Assembly (NCBI RefSeq): GCF_009914755.1
Contig: NC_060926.1
Reading direction: 5' to 3' (one strand)
From: the human T2T-CHM13v2.0 reference genome, Homo sapiens
DNA length: 64,000 bases
This document shows positions 55,713-64,000 of the stretch, piece by piece. The notes beneath the pieces were generated by a model. It was not told where the DNA came from, made no database searches, and saw only the letters and a program-made list of their open reading frames with translations. Within the stretch, counting starts at the first letter, position 1. Every line of letters starts with the position of its first letter. The translations under genes and the position numbers were made by a program.

Positions 55713-57559
55713 AGGGAGATAAAATAATTTAATCAATTGGCCCCTGTGACTATTGGACTAACATGGCTATGATCTGTCAGACAGACTTCAGGCTGGCACC
55801 CAGGCAAAATTCTATACTGTAGTAAATGCATCATGCACATTTGTAACAACATGTACATAACAATGTCACAAAATACTTTCACGGTGACACCTAGATTAGT
55901 GTTTTATTGAATAGCTGATGATATAAACTGGCTCATTTGATGCCAAGACTGACCATCACCACCATACCAAGGTCATCACTGATCAGAGGCCTAACCCAAG
56001 GAGGGGGTCATGTGCAGACCCAGCTGTGGGGAGGAAAGATGCTGCAGAGGAGACGGATGCCCACAGAGGCCCCTGAGTGGATACAATGCTCACTAAGTGG
56101 TAAGTATAGACTCAACGTAGGCTGTCAGGTCTCCCCCTGTGCAAATGGGACATCCACTTGAGAGTCAAGGGTCTGTTTGGGTGGCAGGGATAGCCACTTC
56201 TGAAGGTAGAAAGAAAAATAAGCCACCAAATTGGTATCTTTCTGTGAAATGGACATCGTGCTTAGAGTCTCCATTTTCCCCACAACCTGGAGGAATAAGT
56301 ATTGTCATCTGCATTTTATAGCTGAGGAATCTGACTCAACAAAATTAAATTACTCACCTAAGCAATTAGCAATTAACCAAGTCTTTCTGATTCAGAAACC
56401 CAGCTGTTGCCTGTTCATATCCAGCCCCTGTATTGGGATCAAGATCTGCCCTATTCTCAGTGCAGCAAGATCCAGGCAGATCACACTGGACTCCCAGCAC
56501 TGAATCTGGCTCAAGGGGACATGAAATTTGACTGGGTCATGGGGCTCAGGAGCATCACTCTCAAAAATAGCAGTACAGGAAGAGGCGATGGCCCTAAACA
56601 GCATTTGCAGGCAGATCCCATGTTAATCATAAGGGCCAGGACTCTCTCACTGTCTGTCTCTCTCTCTGTCTCTCCTCTAGGGCTGACCCCACATTGGACA
56701 CCGCTGCATCCATGTCCATCACACAACACAGCTGCCGTTTCTTCTGCCTGCTTATGGGAAAGTCCCCTCTTCTCCTCCGTTTTCTTCTCTTCCTGCCCTA
56801 TCACACCGTGCACTTCTCCCTTTCCTTAAAGAACCACCATCAACTTTAGGAGGAGGGAAAGGGGTGGCTCTGGCAGGAAAAGCCAGAATCCCCTCTAGCC
56901 AGCAGAGAGAGAGAGGAATGGCTGCATGTTTTCTCCCCCAGTCCAAGGCACTGGGTCTTGGCTGGGTTGAAGGTTCCAAGCTGCTCTCCTGCTGTGTCGG
57001 TGAGTTCTGGTCAACCTGCAACCTCCTGATATGGCCATTGCAGTTCATCGAGTCTTCAGGGACTCCCCATGGCCTGGAGTACTTTGCCTTGCTTACACGG
57101 GAGAGGAGAATGGATTTATAGAGAACATCATCTAAATCCAACTTGACCATTGTGTGGCCACACTTGCTAGATTGCTATAGTCTAAATCTAGCATTGTAGA
57201 AAGACGGGGGAGCTTGGAGCTGCACAAACCCAGGTCTGGAACTGGCTCCTTACCTTGGAAGGTGAATGATCCTGCCAGGACTCTTAGCCTCCCTGGGTCT
57301 CAATTTCTTTATCTGTTTCATGGGAATGAGGATCTCTGCTGGGTGGTTGGGTGATGTGGGGGCTGTGTGAAAACAGCTTGTCAATACAAGCCAAAATAGA
57401 AATATTTCTCCACAGAGTATGAAGGTCAAATGAGAGAATACATTTAAATTAAATGGAAAATTAAAATGGTAAAAAATGCAAAGCTGTATTGAAAGTTCCG
57501 AGCTTCTCTATAAGGAGCTTTTTGACTATGTAAGAATCCTGTACTCGTTCCCCCTAAAT

Positions 57560-57866
57560 ATAAAAAAAAAGTTGAAGGAGGCAGAAGGGAGAGTGATGCA
57601 CGATGGGCAAGGACTTCACCTGCTGTTGCTGGCTTTGAGGATGGAGGAAGGAGGCCACAAACCTAGAAGCTGGAGCCCCTAGAAGCTAGAAAAGGCAGGG
57701 ACCCGATTCTTTCCTTGAGCCTCCAGAAGGGACACAGCCCCGCCAGCACCTTGACTTTAGCCTGGTGAGATCCTCTTAGGACTTTTGGCAATCAGAACTA
57801 TAAGACAGAAATGGAAGCCACTGAGTCTGTAGCTGTTTGTTGCAGCAGCAATAGAAAACTAATGCA
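57560..57866 (+). mobile_element. MLT1C/D-like LTR 3' part
   Basis: GCTGGCTTTG..GATGGAGGAAG..CTAGAAGCT..CTCCAGAAGG..CACCTTGACTTTAGCC..GCAGCAATAGAAAACTAA. Confidence 0.7.
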
Positions 57867-57884
57867 GGGCCCAAGAAATCACTG

Positions 57885-58484
57885 GTGATGAGATCGGGAA
57901 AGTGGGCTCAGGAGGTCTGGATCTGTGATGAGATGGGGAAAGTGGGCTCAAGAGGTCTGGATCTGTGGTGAGATGGGGGAAGTGGGCTCAGGAGGTCTGG
58001 ATCTGTGATGAGATGGGGAAAGTGGGCTCAGGAGGTCTGGATCTGTGATGAGATGGGGAAAGTGGGCTCAGGAGGTCTGGATCTGTGATGAGATGGGGGA
58101 AGTGGGCTCAGGAGGTCTGGATCTGTGATGAGATGGGGGAAGTGGGCTCAGGAGGTCTGGATCTGTGATGAGATGGGGGAAGTGGGCTCAGGAGGTCTGG
58201 ATCTGTGATGAGATGGGGAAAGTGGGCTCAGGAGGTCTGGATCTGTGATGAGATGGGGGAAGTGGGCTCAGGAGGTCTGGATCTGTGATGAGATGGGGAA
58301 AGTGGGCTCAGGAGGTCTGGATCTGTGATGAGATCGGGAAAGTGGGCTCAAGAGGTCTGGATCTGTGGTGAGATGGGGGAAGTGGGCTCAGGAGGTCTGG
58401 ATCTGTGATGAGATGGGGAAAGTGGGCTCAGGAGGTCTGGATCTATGATGAGATGGGGGAAGTGGGCTCAGGAGGTCTGGATCT
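57885..58484. repeat. 40-bp G-rich VNTR, 15 copies (GTGATGAGATGGGGRAAGTGGGCTCAGGAGGTCTGGATCT)
   Basis: Exact 40-bp period over 600 bp. Confidence 0.97.
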
Positions 58485-59241
58485 GGGGTGGGGATCTGGA
58501 GTGGAAGGGGAATTCATTTGTTCATTGTCTATCCTTTTGTATTGATTGAATTTTTTATATATATATGTGAATTTTCACAATAAAATTTTTTTCCAAAATA
58601 AAATAAACAAAAGGGGCTTTTTGCAACCCAATTCCTATCTATGTCTGAGTCCACTTGTATTGCATGGGTCTTTCTGCTAACGTCCTTATATTTGGGTGAC
58701 AATCTGAATGTCAGCGACCAATCAGAGCAGAGGCAGACTTTGGAGTGGGCAGGGCATCCTGAGGGCCCTGATTCCTGCCATGAGACGTAACCCTTTAGGT
58801 GCCAGACCATGGGGAGGTCCAGGGGTTGCAGGGGAGGGCTGTGCATCTGCAATGGCTCTCAGGGGGGCTCCCGGTGGTGGCAATCGGTGAATCTGCACAG
58901 TGGTGCTTCAATATTATCACAACCCTGCTGTCTCTCATGCTCTCAAAAAGCGTTTCTCTTACCTGTGACAGACTTCCTATACCTAACAGCTTGCAAAAAT
59001 GTTTCAGGTTAATGAGAATAATCTCTTGGAGCCATACCTCCCTGCTTGGGGTCTCAGTTTCCCCAGCTGTCTCCAGACAAGTTAGGCTAGAAGGCCCCTG
59101 AGCCTCAGCCCCTCTATCCCCCTCCTGTCACCCAGACCTGATCTGGGTCTTGCACCCTGGGTGCAGCATGACAGGGGTGGGCAGGGGCTGGCTCTGGGCC
59201 AGAGGACCCTTTCTGATGGACTTCAGCTGTTGGCCTTCCAG

Positions 59242-60470
59242 GGGAGACTGATCAACCTCACAAGAGTCATAAGGTGAGTAGCGGTGGGCAAATCCATCCC
59301 CCTCATCTTAGATTTATGGGGATACAGAGAGAAAGAGGAGACACTCCAGGAAGACGTGCAGGTGGGAGTACCAGGTTGAAACCAAGGACACCTTCCTGGA
59401 GGAGCTGCTGTTTGAGCCAGCTCTGAGAACAGGTGGGGACAGGACTGGAGAGGAGGAGGGGGTGCCCTATGAGCAAAGACTGGCCACCACCCCATCTAAC
59501 ACCCCCACAGGGCCCCTGTGGCATCCCTGTCCAGTCCCTGTCACCACCCACTTTTTCCCTCTGGACCCAGGAATTCAAAGTAAGCAAGGAGGTCCGCTGC
59601 TCCAGTTGGCTGCAAATAATTACAACCTTGAGCCCAAGCAGCACTTTGGGTCCTGGTTTGGGACGATGAAGCAGCTCGGTGAGACTGAGAGGTAAGGCCA
59701 GGGCAGGAATTGGGACACTAGGATTGAACTCTCCCTGGGGGCCAGCCTCAGAAAGCCTGTGGCCATGGCCTCTTGGCCAACATCAGATCCTGTGGTCTGG
59801 CAATGCCTGGGGTACCCAGACCTCACTCTGCACAGGCCCTGGGAGGGGGCCCTGGTGAGATTCCTGGCAGCCTCACAGCCACTCTTCTGTCCATAGCTAC
59901 AACCTGTCATGCCAGCTGGAGGCTCCATCCCAGTTGGCTGGGAGCACAAAGGCCAGGAAGGTAGACATCACCCACCACAGGGGCCAGTCGGGGCCTGAAC
60001 CAGGGCGGGCAGAGATTGGCTGCCTTGGGCTATGGGTGGGCTCAGGGAGTCAGAGAGCAAGGGACTAGCCTCCCATCCTACTGCTGACCAGCCCTGTGAC
60101 TGGGGAGAGTCACCTTACTTCTCTGGGCCTCAGTTTCCCCCTCTGTGGAGTGACACTAAATGCTCTCTCTGGAGACTGGGATCAATGGGGCACTGGTGAT
60201 TGACCAGGCACTCAGCACATGCCTGGAGCACACAGTGCAGGGCTGTGGTGGGGAGGTGGCCTGGGTCCCTGGGGAGGCACCCATGTGTGCCTGCCCTTCC
60301 GACCAGCCACCAGGCCCTCAGGGCAGAGCCCACTACCAGCAGCAGCTCACACCCCGAGACCAGCTCAGAGGCGGCCCCTACCTCAGCAGCAGGGACATCA
60401 CGGACACTTTGAGCTGGTACTAGGGCAGCTTCTCCGGCTCCCACCTGGAGAGGGGTCCCAGCTGAGTCCC
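59242..60470 (+). pseudogene. Unprocessed RALGDS/RGL4-family pseudogene fragment, 4 exons (59242-59273, 59571-59691, 59897-~59986, 60307-~60470)
   Basis: GRLINL / EFKV..LLQLAANNYNLEPKQHFGSWFGTMKQLGETE / SYNLSCQLE / DQLRGGPYLSSRDITDTLS match the end of the RALGDS CDC25 domain and its tail in order; canonical AG/GT boundaries; frameshifts and a TAG. Confidence 0.85.
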
Positions 60471-60799
60471 ACTCACGTGAAGTCTCATGCCCCTGAAAGT
60501 GCCATTCACCACTGGCCAGGCTCATGAGGCCACATGAGGGGGGGGGTGTCACTGGGGAGGAGATATGGGGGGAACAGAGGGGTGGTTGAATTTTTGTATA
60601 ATAGGCAGTGCAAGTGTTTACCGTTTGGGAGGGGAAAGGTTTGTTATTATTAGCAGTGCTACACTTGAATATTATACTAAAATCCAGTTTCTCTATAACC
60701 TGGGAGTTGCTCTTTTGTTCTTTCTTTTCCTGTCTTAATTAAAATGAGATGCAGGTTCTCACGGTCCACAGTCGATTAAGAAATCTTGCAGGGCCATCA

Positions 60800-61260
<461 letters not shown>

Positions 61261-61999
61261 TTTGCAAGGACCATGTCCTCACCCAGAATGGTGCCTGCCT
61301 TTCTACAGTTTTTCAGGAAGAGGAAACATTTTCTGCTTCTCTCGCTGAGGTTTTTTTTAACCACCCATTAGGAACCTATAGATTTCAGGATCAAACACTG
61401 GGATTCCCTCAGCACTAAAGGAGGAAAATTGCAAACAGAGCTGAAAGTGCAATGTGGAAAGGTCAGGCTGAGGAAGGTTCTTAGCCAGTAGACCAATGGC
61501 AGGAAGGACACTGCCTCCTCAGTCTCCCACTAGGGAACTTGTGGTTCTTGTCCCCTGACCTCAGAATTCCTTGTCATGTTTGTTTTGTCTCCAAGGGAAG
61601 GGTTTGCATTACAGAATTTAAGGCTAGAGTGGGCCTCGTGCAGTTAACATTAACCCTCTCTCTCCTTTGCTGGCTGAGGTGAAGTCTGGGACCATATAGT
61701 TCTGACGTCCACTCTCTCGGGGGATCACCAGTTCACCCACCTCACCTGGCAAGCTGGGCCCTAGTTTGGCGACAGGCATCTTCCACCCACCTGGGAGGCA
61801 GGGTTCAACACTCTGCCTCTGACCTTGTTTCCTTCCTCTGCCACCTGCTTAGGCAGCCAGAAGGGGTTGTCTAGCCAGCCTGGGCTTTGGTGCTCCTCAG
61901 GCAGGTGGAGGAAGTTTCAGGCACCTGGCTCCTCAGGTGTCTGCCATCCAGGTGCTCTTCAGGCCTGCCCAGCAGGGCTCTCTTGATCCAGCTAGAACT

Positions 62000-64000
62000 G
62001 GCCAGAACTGACTCACTCAGGAATGTGTAGACTTTGGCATCAGGGGCTGCTTTAATTTGCACAATTTCCAAATACCTCTTTTTTCTTCTTTTTCTGATGA
62101 GTCATCTCCCTAGACTTGCATTTTAAAGAGACAGATAGTTATCAGGTTCCAGAGAAGACATGGTAGAATGTTTATATCTCAAAGGCACAGAGTTGAGACT
62201 TCAGGTTTAGATACTATCATTTGCCTAAACCAAAAAGGAGCGTGTAGGTAAAGTTCTAGTCAAGACAGGATGGCCAGGAAAAACACCTTAAACCAAGGGA
62301 CGGCTTGCTTTGCTGATTTAAGCCAATGGCTTCTTTATCATAAGACTTCCCAGTAATTTAGTCCTTCCTCTCTTCCAGTGCACAGAGACATACCCCTCCT
62401 TACAAATAAAAATTTTCTTTATAGATGTAAATTTATTTTACAAAAATGTTTCAAAATAACCAGATGAAAATCATCATTATGCCAGAAAGACTTGTTTTTT
62501 TTTTTTTTCTCATTAATAGAAACGAAACAGTAAGTATTTGTTGTATTGACGTACTTAGGCTCAGACCTATGTTTAACAAGAAAGCCTAATAATAGCACTG
62601 TGGTTAGACTCTAGCCATCATTTAATTATTTAGGAAATAAAGGATCAAATACCTTTCATTCATCTGATATGATTCTTTAAAACACATTCCACTAATAAGT
62701 CCCATTTGGAACAGCTGAAAATCTTTTAGTAAAAGCTTTTTAAAGATGAGCTCGTGGCTTAGTGTAAATTTCACAAGCTTAATTAGGTCAAATGGAAGGA
62801 ACTCAGATGAGTAGTTGCCCAATCAGAGCCCATTATTTGTAAGTCATCAGCCCCCTTCATGACCTAAAAACTCTACTCTGACCTAGTTATTGCAAACCTA
62901 TATACAACAAAGTGAAAGGATTAATTTTCATTCATCAACCTCTCAATCCTAGATTTTCAAAGAAAAAACCTATCTAAGGAATACTTACAAAAATCAGACA
63001 GGAAAATTAGAGCCTGCATACTTAAGAGTCAAATTTGTTCCACTACAGCCAGGTCGCATACAATTACATCATTTGGTTCTTCGTACACGCTAGAACTGAC
63101 CAGGACAGAGTTTAGCGTAGAAAAACTGTAAGAAATAGGTTCCTACACATAGGAATTGCAAAGTTCAAAAGGGTATGAAGAAAACTAATATAAATGAGAG
63201 ACTCCCCTCCGTTTTAAAGAAATACACGCTCTCTAAAAATATACGCAATTTTTACAAATACATTTATAAGTTGTTTTTATCTTAAAAATTGGGGATATTT
63301 CACATTTATAACTAATTATTGAGACTTAAGTTTTCTTGGCCATTTCTAGGCTAATAAACTAAGAATCATTTAAACTAAGCCAAAGTAGAATAGATATAAA
63401 AGTCCTGAACACTTCAACTTCCTACTCTTCAAGAAGTATACCCGGCAAAGCTCATTTGAGAGAGGAAATGCTTTCCTCCACCCTCTGTTTTACAGCGCTG
63501 AGGCTTCTTATCACAGTTCTATGACTTGTAGCTTAAATCCATGTTACATGGTCACTGACATTGTTGGTGCTTCTCTTTTAACACTGTAGGAATTAATTCG
63601 GTGGCATATTTAATTAATTTTATCACTAGCCTGGCTGCTGGCCACCCTTCTCAACAAGGAAATTAAGTCAGAAAGGCTTATTTTCACTAAGTAAGACTTC
63701 GGGAACATGGCAAAGTTCATGACAATAAGAAAGAAGTGGCAGCAAGGGTTGGAAAAGAGTGGTTTCAGTCAACTGAGAGGTTCCCATGGGAGAAGCAGGA
63801 TCAAAGAGAGAGAGAGAGAAAACAGGGAGGGCTGATTAGATTAGTCGATAGTTGTCCCAAGAGTGATGCCTTTGAGGGCTTCCCTTAGTGGGGAAACAGT
63901 CCAGGCCAAAGGGATGACCCATGAGATGGCTGCTGTAAAAGTGGACAATTCTTTTTCCAGTGGCCTGGCTATTTGCAAAAAAGGCAGACATCTTAGGGCA
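62000..64000. mobile_element. Possible old ERV1 internal sequence
   Basis: Composition and motifs resemble MER4-group internal DNA; no ORF-level support. Confidence 0.3.

Noticed and set aside
57885-58484. CRISPR-like array
   Set aside because: Head-to-tail repeats with no unique spacers, in eukaryotic DNA; it is a VNTR.

Overview
Primate (human-like) genomic DNA, Alu-rich, matching the 2q13 segmental-duplication block that carries a LIMS1 (PINCH1) paralog. Positions 373-26400 (+) hold a LIMS3/LIMS4-type gene. It has a short 3-exon isoform whose last exon here reads GAA-TGA, giving 115 aa. It also has a 10-exon path that I spliced by hand into an uninterrupted 398-codon, five-LIM ORF ending in an alternative terminal exon (...KKKKPVCL); I could not find the canonical LIMS1 last exon. 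Downstream are a 5'-truncated processed GPAA1 pseudogene (+, apparently copied from an exon-skipped mRNA), a full-length processed ZBTB45 pseudogene (-, CpG-rich, with target-site duplication), an ERV-L internal fragment, LTRs and a 15x40-bp VNTR. The least expected element is four decayed, intron-separated exons of a RALGDS/RGL4-family RasGEF gene at ~59.2-60.5 kb, which the ORF track shows only as broken fragments. Protein identifications come from my recall of the reference sequences, not from database searches. The paralog suffix (LIMS3 vs LIMS4, P1 vs P2) and the exact species or haplotype cannot be fixed from sequence alone.
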